Shown here: positions 29,485 to 39,075 of the stretch, piece after piece
Numbering within the stretch: the first letter of the stretch is position 1
Layout: the number at the start of each line of letters is the position of its first letter
Origin: an uncultured delta proteobacterium
GTDB lineage: Bacteria > Myxococcota_A > Polyangia > Polyangiales > Polyangiaceae
Length of the DNA stretch: 64,000 nt
Assembly (NCBI GenBank): GCA_963716725.1
Contig: CAVQUB010000030.1
Span: forward strand, 49,690-113,689
Direction of reading: 5' to 3'
The notes under the pieces: generated by a model
The model's database searches: none
Seen by the model: only the letters and a program-made list of their open reading frames with translations
Told to the model about the DNA's origin: nothing
Program-made: the position numbers and the translations under genes

Positions 29485-31626
29485 ATGCCTCCGCCAGAGC
29501 TTCGCCACCGCACAGAGAGGCGGGTGACCGCCGGCAGGTTCCATCCGCTTGGCCCGACGCTGCACGCGGACGGCGTGAACTTCGCTCTCTACAGCCGCGA
29601 AGCGACCGACGTCTTCCTCCTGCTCTTTGACGCCGCGGACGGCCCCCCCACCGACGTGATCCGCCTGCCGCGGAGGACGCGCTACGTCTTCCACGGGCTG
29701 GTCCACGGCGTTGGGCCCGGGCAGCTCTACGCGTACAAGGTCCGGGGCGCCTTCGAGCCCGCGCATGGGCTGCGGTTCAACGAGCACAAAGCCTTGCTCG
29801 ACCCCTACGCCAGGGCGTTCACGGGCAAGGTGCAGAGCGTAAACGACGTGCTGTTGGCCTACGATCCCTATTCGCCGTCACGCGACCTCTCGCTCGACAC
29901 TCGCGACTCGACCGACGCGCTGCCCAAGTGTGTCGTCGTGGACGACCGCTTCGACTGGCAAGGAGATGTGCCACCGGACGTGCCCTTCGAGCAGCTGTTG
30001 ATCTACGAGGTGCACCTGGCGGGTTTCACCGCCCACGAGTCTTCGGGCGTGCGCCAACCGGGCACGTACCTGGGCTTCATCGAGAAGATCCCGCACCTGG
30101 TCGAGCTCGGGGTGAACGCCGTCGAGCTCTTGCCCATCCACGAGCACTACGTCGAGAGCTTCTTGGTGAAGCGGGGGCTGACGAACTACTGGGGGTACAA
30201 CACGCTCGGCTACTTCGCGCCCGAGAGCTCCTACGCCTGGGGCAAGGCGCCCGCGGCATCGGTGGTCGAGATGAAGACGCTGGTTCGTGAGCTTCATCGC
30301 GCGAAGATCGAGGTGATCCTCGACGTGGTTTACAATCACACGGCCGAGGGCGACGAACTCGGGCCGACGCTGTCGTTTCGCGGAATCGACAACCGAACCT
30401 ACTACCTGCTCGAAGGGCGAGCGATCGAGCCGCAGCGCCGCTACCTGAACTACAGCGGCTGCGGCAACAGCCTGAATCTGGCGGATCCGGCCGTCATCCG
30501 CCTGGTCATGGACTCGCTCAGGTACTGGGTCGAGGTGATGCACGTGGACGGCTTTCGCTTCGACCTGGCGTCGGTGCTGGGCCGCGAGGAAGGCGCGTTC
30601 CGAGCCGCCGCGTCCTTCTTCGACGCGATTTCGCAGGATCCAGTGCTGTCGAGGATCAAGCTCATCGCCGAACCCTGGGATCTCGGTACCTATCAGGTCG
30701 GCAACTTCCCGGTGGACTGGGCCGAGTGGAACGGGCGCTTCCGGGACACGTTGCGGCGTTTCGCTCGCGGCGACTCGGAGCAGCTTCGGGAGCTGGGGTT
30801 CAGGCTCACCGGATCGCAGGATCTCTATGGCGATGACGGGCGGACCCCTTACAACAGCGTCAACTTCGTCACCTGCCACGATGGGTTCACGCTCTGGGAT
30901 CTCGTCTCCTACGACCACAAACACAACGCGGCGAACGGCGAGGACAACCGCGATGGCTGCAACGACAATCACTCGTGGAACTGCGGCATCGAAGGCGAAA
31001 CCGACGATCCGCGGGTGAACGCCCTTCGCGGGCAGATCGCCAAGAATCACGTCTGTCGCCTGCTGTTTTCTGCGGGGACCCCCATGTTGCTCGGCGGCGA
31101 CGAATTTTTGCGAACCCAGCGGGGCAACAACAACGCTTATTGTCAGAACAACGACATCTCGTGGATCGACTGGTCGCTGCGCGACGAGAACGCCGCTTTC
31201 TTCCGCTTCGTGCAGAAGGCGATTCAATTCAAGCGCAAATACCCGGTGCTGGCCCGGAGCAGCCACTTCTCGGGGCGCGACCAGAACATGAATCAGGAGC
31301 CCGACATCCGGTGGTATGGCCAGAATTTGGACGAGCCAGCGTGGTCCGATCCGGAGAGCCGTCTGGTCGCCTATCAGCTCGATGGTACCGAGGCGCAGCT
31401 GCGCGCCGGCGACTACTTTCTGTTCGTGATCCTGAACGCGGATGCCCAGATGCGGGGCGTGAAGCTCCCCCAAGTCGAGGCGTACCGTTGGCACCGCGTG
31501 GTGGACACTAGCCTGCCGGAGGGTGCCGACTTCGTCGACGACGGGCAGGAGGTCTTGCTGGTTCCGCAAGGCGAGTACCTCGTCTCGGCCCGCAGCACCG
31601 TGATCTTGCTCGGCTCATCGCGCTGA
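29485..31626 (+). CDS. glgX: Glycogen debranching enzyme (GH13)
   Basis: GVNFALYS, NYWGYNT, DVVYNHT, DGFRFDLAS, IAEPWD, CHDGFTLWDLVSY, GNNNAYCQ. Confidence 0.95.
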   Translation: MPPPELRHRTERRVTAGRFHPLGPTLHADGVNFALYSREATDVFLLLFDAADGPPTDVIRLPRRTRYVFHGLVHGVGPGQLYAYKVRGAFEPAHGLRFNEHKALLDPYARAFTGKVQSVNDVLLAYDPYSPSRDLSLDTRDSTDALPKCVVVDDRFDWQGDVPPDVPFEQLLIYEVHLAGFTAHESSGVRQPGTYLGFIEKIPHLVELGVNAVELLPIHEHYVESFLVKRGLTNYWGYNTLGYFAPESSYAWGKAPAASVVEMKTLVRELHRAKIEVILDVVYNHTAEGDELGPTLSFRGIDNRTYYLLEGRAIEPQRRYLNYSGCGNSLNLADPAVIRLVMDSLRYWVEVMHVDGFRFDLASVLGREEGAFRAAASFFDAISQDPVLSRIKLIAEPWDLGTYQVGNFPVDWAEWNGRFRDTLRRFARGDSEQLRELGFRLTGSQDLYGDDGRTPYNSVNFVTCHDGFTLWDLVSYDHKHNAANGEDNRDGCNDNHSWNCGIEGETDDPRVNALRGQIAKNHVCRLLFSAGTPMLLGGDEFLRTQRGNNNAYCQNNDISWIDWSLRDENAAFFRFVQKAIQFKRKYPVLARSSHFSGRDQNMNQEPDIRWYGQNLDEPAWSDPESRLVAYQLDGTEAQLRAGDYFLFVILNADAQMRGVKLPQVEAYRWHRVVDTSLPEGADFVDDGQEVLLVPQGEYLVSARSTVILLGSSR

Positions 31627-31666
31627 AGGCTGGCAGCGGCGCGGAAGTCGTGGTGGAATGGCCCCT

Positions 31667-32008
31667 ATGAAGCGCGCTTTCTCGTTCGTGGTCCTTGGCT
31701 CGTGTGTCGCGGTCGCCCTCGCTTGCTCGAAGAAATCCGATCCGCCGCCACAGGAGCCACAACCCTACTACCAGCAGCAGCCCCAGCCGTACCCGCAGCA
31801 GCAACCCCAGCCGTATCCGACCGCGCAGCCCCAGCCGTATCCGACCGCGCAGCCCCAGCCCGCGCCCACCGCCGCTCCGGCGGCGACGGGATCGGCCGGC
31901 ACGCCGACGGCGATCCCCGGGGTGACCAAGAACGCCGACGGCACGTGCGCCATCATGGTGCCGGGTGGTACCGCGCCGATGGTGATGCCCTGCCCGCCAG
32001 GGATCTGA
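31667..32008 (+). CDS. Small Gln/Pro-rich lipoprotein
   Basis: Lipobox VALAC, QPQPYP repeats, small two-Cys C-terminal module. Confidence 0.8.
   Translation: MKRAFSFVVLGSCVAVALACSKKSDPPPQEPQPYYQQQPQPYPQQQPQPYPTAQPQPYPTAQPQPAPTAAPAATGSAGTPTAIPGVTKNADGTCAIMVPGGTAPMVMPCPPGI
31772..31861 (+). repeat. 24-bp coding tandem repeat (QPQPYPxx)
   Basis: cagccccagccgtatccgaccgcg and variants, about 3.5 copies. Confidence 0.8.
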
Positions 32009-32009
32009 T

Positions 32010-33239
32010 TCACCCCCGGAGCACGTCGGCGAGTCTCTCGACGGCGTGCACGGCGGTGTCGGTGGGAACGCCGGCGAAACACAGGCGCATGAAGCCGGGC
32101 TCGCCGATGTGGCAGGCCGAGCCCGGCGTCAGGTTCACGTTTGCCAAGTCGAGCAGGCGTCGCCAGAGCGCTGCTTCGCGCTCCCAAGTGGGAGCCGAGA
32201 GGAACTGGCGCAGGTCGAGCAATAGAAAGAAGCCCGCGTCCGAGGGCAGGTAGGGCACGCCCTTGTCGGTGAGGGCAGCGGTGACGCGTCGATATGCTTC
32301 GCCGAGGCGAGCCCGCATGGTCGTGACGTAGCGGTCGACCCAGGCGTCGTCGGAGATCATCTGCCCCAACACGAACTGGGTGTGACCGGAGCAGCACGCC
32401 CAGTAAGCGAGTCCGTCGATGGCCTGGAGCACCGCGGCGTTCTCGCTGACCAAGACCCCGGCGCGCAGGCCGCTGGCGGCAAAGTCCTTCGAGAACGCCC
32501 AGACCAAGTGCAGGCGTTGGCCAAGGGTGGGGACGAGGCGGGCAGCGCTGGTGAAGGGCAGCGAGCCGAAGACGGAGAGCGCGTACACCTCGTCCATCAC
32601 CAGATGCACCCCCGCGCTCGCGGCCCACTCCATCACTTGGCTGATCTCGGCTGGGGTGTACACGCGGCCCATGGGGTTGTCCGGAGACGTGAAGAGCAGC
32701 GCCCGGACCTTGCAGCCTGCGTTTGCGACGGCGCGGTCGAGCAAGGTCGGTGACAAGCGAAAACCATCGCTCGCGGAGCTGTGGACCGGAACGATGCGCA
32801 GCTCGTCCCGGGTCTCGAGATCCGGCCAGAAGCCCGCGTAGCTCGGGGTCGGGACCAGAACGCCATCTCCCGAGTCGGCGATGACGTGGAACAAGAGCTC
32901 CAGCACGCTGCCCGCTCCGTTGAGCACCGCGATTTGATCGGGTCGGACCTGGCGCCCCAGGAAGCTGCGCCCCATGAAGTGGGCGACCCTTTCGCGGAAG
33001 TCGAGGGATCCGGTCATCGCGTCGTAGCCGAGGACGCGCGGCGGGATCTCCCGAGCCTTGCCGAGCTCGGGGGAGAGCAGGTCGTGGACCAAGGTGTTCT
33101 CTGCGACGCAGAGCGGGATGTAGCCGTCGGGTCGGCTCGGATCGTGGCTCGCCGCCAAACGCGAGAAGTGCTCGCGCAGATATTCGGCCGCCGGCGGGCT
33201 CTCGACGAGGTGCCGGCCGCGGCGAGAGAGGTCGGACAT
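32010..33239 (-). CDS. PLP-dependent aminotransferase class I/II, ACC-synthase-like
   Basis: GYIPLCVAENTL, PTPSYAGF, TSPDNPMG, DEVYALSVF, WAFSKDFAASGLRAG (PLP Lys), LTPGSACHIGEPGFMRLCFA. Confidence 0.85.
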   Translation of the reverse strand: MSDLSRRGRHLVESPPAAEYLREHFSRLAASHDPSRPDGYIPLCVAENTLVHDLLSPELGKAREIPPRVLGYDAMTGSLDFRERVAHFMGRSFLGRQVRPDQIAVLNGAGSVLELLFHVIADSGDGVLVPTPSYAGFWPDLETRDELRIVPVHSSASDGFRLSPTLLDRAVANAGCKVRALLFTSPDNPMGRVYTPAEISQVMEWAASAGVHLVMDEVYALSVFGSLPFTSAARLVPTLGQRLHLVWAFSKDFAASGLRAGVLVSENAAVLQAIDGLAYWACCSGHTQFVLGQMISDDAWVDRYVTTMRARLGEAYRRVTAALTDKGVPYLPSDAGFFLLLDLRQFLSAPTWEREAALWRRLLDLANVNLTPGSACHIGEPGFMRLCFAGVPTDTAVHAVERLADVLRG

Positions 33240-33282
33240 GAGCGGAGAATAGAACAACGATTCGGACTATGCTCGCGGAGCG

Positions 33283-33765
33283 ATGTCGAATCGATTCGCC
33301 TTGCTGGCGATTGCAGGCGCCATGTTTGCTTGTGGGGCTGCTCCGCCGCCGGCGTCGGCCCCCACGAGTTCGCCGCCGGCTCCGGCTTCGGCGGGCGAGC
33401 GATGCCTCGCGGAAGCGAGCGCGCCCCGCACACCGCGCAAAGATGCACCCGAGAAGATCACCGTGGCTCATGTGCTGGTGCGCCACCGGGAGCTGAAGCG
33501 TGCCGAGGGTGCGACCCGCACGCGCGCTGAGGCGTGTTTGCATGCGCAGAAGGCTCGCGAGAAGCTGCTCGCCGGTGCGGACTTTTCCGAGGTTGTCGCC
33601 GAATACTCGGACAGCGGCGATGCGACTGGCGGCAAGCTCGGCAGCGTGTCGAAGTCCGACCTCGACGAGACCTTCGCGAGCGCGGCGTTTGCCCTCGACG
33701 TTGGCGAGCTCGGTCACGTCGTGGAGACGCCCCGGGGCTTTCACGTGATCGCGCGCAGCGAGTGA
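33283..33765 (+). CDS. Parvulin/PpiC-type peptidyl-prolyl isomerase lipoprotein
   Basis: Lipobox MFAC, VAHVLVRH, FSEVVAEYSD, GGKLG, VVETPRGFHVI. Confidence 0.92.
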   Translation: MSNRFALLAIAGAMFACGAAPPPASAPTSSPPAPASAGERCLAEASAPRTPRKDAPEKITVAHVLVRHRELKRAEGATRTRAEACLHAQKAREKLLAGADFSEVVAEYSDSGDATGGKLGSVSKSDLDETFASAAFALDVGELGHVVETPRGFHVIARSE

Positions 33766-33772
33766 GCGGAGT

Positions 33773-36700
33773 TCAGAGCGCCGGCGGGAACAGCTTCGTG
33801 TCGATCTTGGGCTTGGTGAGCGAAGCGCTGACGGCCTTCCACGCGCCGCCGCCTTGTGAGAGCTCCAGGTCGCGATCCACGAGCGGGTCGTTGCAGCGGA
33901 GGATCATGGCTTCGATGGGCAGGTCCTGCGTCGGGAAGGTGGCGCTTGGGGCGTCGGCGGTCAGATCCGCCGTGGCGTGGCCGTGCACTTCGAGGAAGAG
34001 ATCGTTGGCGTTGGCGCTGCCCACCGCGGGGCCGAGCCAGGCCCAGAGCCCGTCGCCGACGGCGTCGTCCTTCTCGCGCAGGGAGATGGAGCCCGCCGGG
34101 TGATTGAGGGTGCCCAGGTAGAGCACGACGAAGTTGAATTGATCCGAGAGTTCGGTACCGCCGAGCTGATCCAAGCCCGGCACGTTGGTGATGGCGAACT
34201 GGTTGAGCCCCGTGGGATCCGTCCACTTGGTCGGCGCGGCTCCCGCCACGATGTCTTCGCCCAGGTGGGCTTCGCTGGACTTGCCCCGGGCAAACTCCCA
34301 GATCACGGCGCGGTTCGGCGCGGTCAGGCTGCTGGCTTCGCAATAAGCGTTGGCCATGGCGCCGGTCGACGAGAACGCCCGCACGATGGCGGTCAGCCCG
34401 GTCGCCGGCGCGGGCCAGGGCCCTTCGTCGAAGACCTCGGCCTTGCCGTCCTTGGTCACTCGCAGTTGTTTGGGAGGACCAGCCAGGAGCTCGACCGTGG
34501 ACGATTCTTTCTTTCCATTCTCGATGTCCGACGGCCAACCGCCTGGGACCGTGATCGTGGTGTTGACCGTCTTGCCGTCGGTCTGCACTTGCATGATGCG
34601 AAGCTGACGTTTGCGGGCCGGGCCATAGGGGTTGCGCGTCTCTGCCCAGAACAAGTTGAGGGCGTCGAACTCGAGTTGATAGGCGCGCTGCTTGCCAGCC
34701 CGCGTTTGCTTGCCATGCCAGACGGTCTTGCCGAGCGCGGCCAGAAGCTCCGCCGCGGGGCTGCCTCCACTGCCTCCGCTGCCTCCGCTGCCTCCGCTGC
34801 CGCCTCCCGTGCCGGCGAGCCCGCCGGATCCACTCGCGCCGCCCGTGCCGCCCGTGCCGCCCGAGACCACGCCGCCGCTCCCGGCGACCGCGCCTCCGCT
34901 GCCGCCAGGGCTGCCGCCGCTGCCTCCGCTGCCCCCAGCACCGCCGCCCGCCGCGCTGCTGCCGCCGTCATCTGCGCTGCACCCGGGGAGCACCAGCAAG
35001 AGAGCGAGGGCCGCGGCCCCGCGATTGCGTCGTCGGCGAGCCATCACCAGCGCGGCGAGGGCGAGCAAGGAGAGATGAGAGCCGGTGCTGCGTGCGGGGC
35101 CCGGCACCCGACAACCACAGCCACCGTCGTCGCCGCTGCTCGACGGTCCAGTCGATGAGATGCCGCCGCCCGTCGATGCCCCGCCGTTGCCCCCGCTGCC
35201 GGTTCCTCCCGAGCCGGCGCCGCCGACACCGACTGGAGGGTCCGGCAGCCCTTGGATGGTCAGGCCAGTGCATTCCACCGACGGCGTTCCGGGCAGCGGG
35301 GGGTGTGCCCGGCTCAGACTGCCGCGATGCGCCGAGTCGCTCACCAGATCTTCGAGGGCCGTGAGCTTGCAGACGCCGGCGCTGGGCGCTGGCGTGAACG
35401 CGAAGAGCGACCCGTCGTGGCACTCGACCGGAGCGTCGTCGTTCACCTGGGCCGACAGTACGGTCCCGGCCTTCCACAGGCTCATCAGTCCCTTCACGTC
35501 GAGGCCCAAGGGAAAGATGGCCTGACGCAGGTATTCGCAGACTCCCGCCTGCATCCAACTCGGTGTGTGTGAGGCGTCGAAGCTCGCCGGACCCACCAGT
35601 GGATCGGTGCCGGCAGGCAGCACGGAGCGGTGATCGGCGATGGCCGTCGCCGCGATGTTGAACGAGTGGCCGTAGAGCCCGCTGTCGAAGAGCTGATCGA
35701 GGAAGGTTCCGCTCTGTCCCACGGGCGCCGCCTGGGCGAGCCGCTGCAAGTACTCGGGCCGAATCTGGGCATACTGCGCCTTGTACTCGTCCACCAGATC
35801 CTGGACGTACTTGCTCGCTTCGTCGATGACGTAGGTCTTGATCGCGTCCTTGATGGGGGTCACGACCGGATCGAGCAATGCCGCGATCAAGCTCGGAATG
35901 GAGATATTCACGCCGACGACCTGGAGCGCGCTCTGGAGATCTTGGAGCCACTGCGGGGCCACCGCCGTGGTCAGCGCCTGGTAGTCGATGGTGGTCAGAT
36001 CATCGGCCCACTTGTTGAGGGGCTGAAATAGCTGAACGACCTTCGACTTCTCCAGGGAGAGCCCGTCGCTGCCCGGGATGAGGGGGGTGTTCAGCTCGTT
36101 GGACAGGCTCTCGACCACTTGCAGGTAAGCCGGCGTGAACTTGAACAGGTCGTCGTGAAGCTTGTCGCTGATCTTGTCGAAAGCCGAGGGCAGCGGCTGG
36201 TTGGCTGCGTCGAAGCGGGGAGCGAGCAGAGCGACGTACACCTTGTACTTCCCGTACAGGCTGGCGCAACTCGCTGAGCAGGCCGTCGTGTCGTCGTTGG
36301 TGCCGAGTTTGCCGTCGGCGCCCGGCTTCACGCCCAGCGTCTTTCCATCCGCAGTGCCTGCGTTTTGCAGGTCGGCGATGCTCTTCTCGATCAGTGTCCG
36401 GATGCCTTTTCGCTCGTCGTCCAAGAAGCGCAGGTAGCGGGGGGTCAGCGCCAACGACTCGGCCGTTGCGAGCTTCGCCTGGGGGATGAGCAGCGTCAGC
36501 AGCGCGCCAGGGTTCGATGCCTTGGTGGACTCGAATTTCTCGAGGGCGGTTCCGGCCATGACCTTCCAGAGCGGGCTCTGCTCGTTGAAGTAGGCGCGCT
36601 CGACGAAGCTCTTGGGGATGGAGTGGGCGAGCTCGGTGTTCGTGAACGACTCTGGCGACAGGTTGAATGCCCCCTCTTGCACCATGTTCTCGGCGATGAT

Positions 36701-37198
36701 GTGCCGGACCACGTTACTCCAGGTCTGCTGGCGCCCGCTGGTGACCGGCGCCAAGGTGAACGTCTCCCCGGTCATCCAGTTGACGTAGTGGTGGGCAACG
36801 GCGTCCGTCGACCCGTGCAAGAAACAACCGAGCGCGTAGGCGCGCTCCCCAGGCAAGATCGCCTCCTTGTACAAAAGCTCGCACTGCTCGTAGGGGCGCT
36901 GCCCGATGGCGTGGGAGGGGTCGGTCATGCCGGGGAAGGCCATGTTGTCCGGGCCCACTGCCCCCGCGCGGAACTCGAGGGGGTGATTGGTCAAAGCGTC
37001 TACGTCCTCTGCCTTCAGCACCACAGTGTGATTGCCGAAGCGAAGTGGAACGCCGGCGCCGCCGTGCTGGATCAGCGATTTACGCACGTCGTTGGCCAGC
37101 TTGATGTGGAAGCGGGTGGTGAACGCCGGCGCGCTCCGCGCCGCTGACAAGGTCGCGCACAGCGCCAGCGCCCCCAACCCGACGGCGAGCCTTCGCAT
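33773..37198 (-). CDS. Zn-dependent phospholipase C-like domain, internal MYXO-CTERM and second lipoprotein domain in one ORF
   Basis: Signal peptide then FTTRFH, GAVGPD, LHGSTDAVAHH, HIIAE; internal GGCGCRV..LLALAALVMARRRR followed by GAAALALLLVLPGC, Gly-rich linker and a globular domain. Confidence 0.8.
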   Translation of the reverse strand: MRRLAVGLGALALCATLSAARSAPAFTTRFHIKLANDVRKSLIQHGGAGVPLRFGNHTVVLKAEDVDALTNHPLEFRAGAVGPDNMAFPGMTDPSHAIGQRPYEQCELLYKEAILPGERAYALGCFLHGSTDAVAHHYVNWMTGETFTLAPVTSGRQQTWSNVVRHIIAENMVQEGAFNLSPESFTNTELAHSIPKSFVERAYFNEQSPLWKVMAGTALEKFESTKASNPGALLTLLIPQAKLATAESLALTPRYLRFLDDERKGIRTLIEKSIADLQNAGTADGKTLGVKPGADGKLGTNDDTTACSASCASLYGKYKVYVALLAPRFDAANQPLPSAFDKISDKLHDDLFKFTPAYLQVVESLSNELNTPLIPGSDGLSLEKSKVVQLFQPLNKWADDLTTIDYQALTTAVAPQWLQDLQSALQVVGVNISIPSLIAALLDPVVTPIKDAIKTYVIDEASKYVQDLVDEYKAQYAQIRPEYLQRLAQAAPVGQSGTFLDQLFDSGLYGHSFNIAATAIADHRSVLPAGTDPLVGPASFDASHTPSWMQAGVCEYLRQAIFPLGLDVKGLMSLWKAGTVLSAQVNDDAPVECHDGSLFAFTPAPSAGVCKLTALEDLVSDSAHRGSLSRAHPPLPGTPSVECTGLTIQGLPDPPVGVGGAGSGGTGSGGNGGASTGGGISSTGPSSSGDDGGCGCRVPGPARSTGSHLSLLALAALVMARRRRNRGAAALALLLVLPGCSADDGGSSAAGGGAGGSGGSGGSPGGSGGAVAGSGGVVSGGTGGTGGASGSGGLAGTGGGSGGSGGSGGSGGSPAAELLAALGKTVWHGKQTRAGKQRAYQLEFDALNLFWAETRNPYGPARKRQLRIMQVQTDGKTVNTTITVPGGWPSDIENGKKESSTVELLAGPPKQLRVTKDGKAEVFDEGPWPAPATGLTAIVRAFSSTGAMANAYCEASSLTAPNRAVIWEFARGKSSEAHLGEDIVAGAAPTKWTDPTGLNQFAITNVPGLDQLGGTELSDQFNFVVLYLGTLNHPAGSISLREKDDAVGDGLWAWLGPAVGSANANDLFLEVHGHATADLTADAPSATFPTQDLPIEAMILRCNDPLVDRDLELSQGGGAWKAVSASLTKPKIDTKLFPPAL

Positions 37199-37260
37199 TC
37201 GACGAGTATACACCCCTTCGGAGCCGGCCCCCCCGCTGCCGTTCGTGGTATTCGGCGGAC

Positions 37261-39030
37261 ATGACCGTGCTGGTGCTCAACGCAGGCTCGTCGTCCCTGA
37301 AGGCTCAGTTGCTCGATCCAGAGTCAGGCGCCCTGGTCGAGAAGACCATGGTCGAGCGCATCGGCGAAGCCGGGCGCACGCACGAGCTGGCCGTGACGGA
37401 GGTGCTCGAGCACCTGAAGGGACCCGCCCTCCGCGCCGTTGGCCATCGGGTCGTGCACGGGGGCGCGGACTTCACCAGCGCCGTCGTGATCGACGACGCC
37501 GTCGAGGCCGCCATCGAGCGCTGCATTCCCCTGGCTCCGCTCCACAATCCGGCCAACCTCGCCGGCATTCGCGCCGCGCGCCGGGCGCTGCCCGGGGTGC
37601 CCCACGTGGCGGTGTTCGACACGGCGTTTCACGCGCGCATGCCGCGCCGAGCCTCGACCTATGCCATCGATCAGGAGGTCGCGCTTCAGAACGGTATCCG
37701 CCGCTTCGGCTTCCACGGGACCTCCCACGCCTATGTGGCGGATCTCGCCGCTCAGACCCTGGGGCGGCCGCTGTCCGAGCTGCGGGTGATCAGCCTGCAC
37801 CTCGGCAACGGAGCCAGCGCCTGCGCCGTCGAGCACGGACATTCGACGGAGACCAGCATGGGCATGACGCCGCTCGAGGGGCTGGTGATGGGGACCCGCT
37901 CGGGTGATATCGACGCTGGAGCGGTGCTCATGCTCGTCCGCGCCGGCTGGGACGCCGAGCGGCTCGATCGGCTGCTCAACCAGGAGAGCGGTCTCAAGGG
38001 GTTGTCGGGCGTGGGCAACGACCTCAGAGACATCGAGGCGCGGGCCGAGGCCGGCGACGATCGCTGCCGGCTGGCCATCACGGTCTTCTCGCACCGCGTG
38101 CGCAAGTACATCGGGGCCTATGCTGCGGCCATGGGCGGCCTCGACGCGGTGGTATTCACGGCGGGCATCGGCGAGAACGCCGCGACGATGCGGCGGCGCG
38201 TCCTGCAGCGCTTCGATTTTCTCGGCATCGTCTTCGACGAAGACAAGAACGCCGATGCTCGCGTGACCGCACAGTCGCCGGTCGCGTTCGTGACGGCGGA
38301 GCACTCGCGTGTGGCCGCCCTGGTGGTCAAGACCAACGAAGAGCTGTCCATCGCCCGGCAGGCCGTCGCCGTGGTCCGGGAGCGCGAGCGCGCGGCGCCG
38401 GCGACGCCGATCCCCATCGCCATCAGCGCCCGGCACCTGCACCTGACAGCCGAGACCTTCGCGGCGCTGTTCGGCGCGGACGCCACGCCGACCCACTACC
38501 GGGACATTTCCCAGCCGGGCCAGTTCGCCTGCAAGGAGCTGGTGAACATCATCGGGCCGCGCGGTCGGATCGACGGCGTACGGCTCCTCGGCCCGCTGCG
38601 ACGGTCGAACCAAGTCGAGGTCTCACGGACCGACGAGTTCAAGCTCGGGGTCGATGCGCCGATCCGCGATTCGGGCAAGACCGAAGGCTCCGCGCCCATC
38701 GTGATCGAGGGGCCCAAGGGCAGCGTCAACCTCGCGGAGGGCCTGATCTGCGCCAAGCGGCACATCCACATGGCGCCGGCAGATGCCGAACGCTTTGCTG
38801 TGCGCGACGGCGACGAGGTGGAGGTGGCGATCACCAACGGGCCACGCGACCTGGTCTTTGGCGACGTGCTCGTGCGAGTGAGCCCCAAGTACAAGCTCGA
38901 GATGCACATCGACACCGACGAGGGCAACGCGGCAGAGCTGAACCCGGACGCGGTCGGCGAGCTCACGTACACGGACGTCCTCGGCGCCCAGGCCGTGCTG
39001 AGCACCCGACGCGTGCGACTGCCGGGTTGA
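37261..39030 (+). CDS. ackA: Acetate kinase fused to PduL-type phosphotransacylase
   Basis: AckA: VLNAGSSSLK, GHRVVHGG, APLHNP, FDTAFH, GFHGTSH, HLGNGAS, TNEE. PduL from about 38404: ISARHLHL, QVEVSRTD, AKRHIHM, EMHIDTDEGNA. Confidence 0.93.
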   Translation: MTVLVLNAGSSSLKAQLLDPESGALVEKTMVERIGEAGRTHELAVTEVLEHLKGPALRAVGHRVVHGGADFTSAVVIDDAVEAAIERCIPLAPLHNPANLAGIRAARRALPGVPHVAVFDTAFHARMPRRASTYAIDQEVALQNGIRRFGFHGTSHAYVADLAAQTLGRPLSELRVISLHLGNGASACAVEHGHSTETSMGMTPLEGLVMGTRSGDIDAGAVLMLVRAGWDAERLDRLLNQESGLKGLSGVGNDLRDIEARAEAGDDRCRLAITVFSHRVRKYIGAYAAAMGGLDAVVFTAGIGENAATMRRRVLQRFDFLGIVFDEDKNADARVTAQSPVAFVTAEHSRVAALVVKTNEELSIARQAVAVVRERERAAPATPIPIAISARHLHLTAETFAALFGADATPTHYRDISQPGQFACKELVNIIGPRGRIDGVRLLGPLRRSNQVEVSRTDEFKLGVDAPIRDSGKTEGSAPIVIEGPKGSVNLAEGLICAKRHIHMAPADAERFAVRDGDEVEVAITNGPRDLVFGDVLVRVSPKYKLEMHIDTDEGNAAELNPDAVGELTYTDVLGAQAVLSTRRVRLPG

Positions 39031-39075
39031 AGGTTCCGGCAGCCGCAGCCCGGGGTTCAGCGGCGAAGGGCGGGT

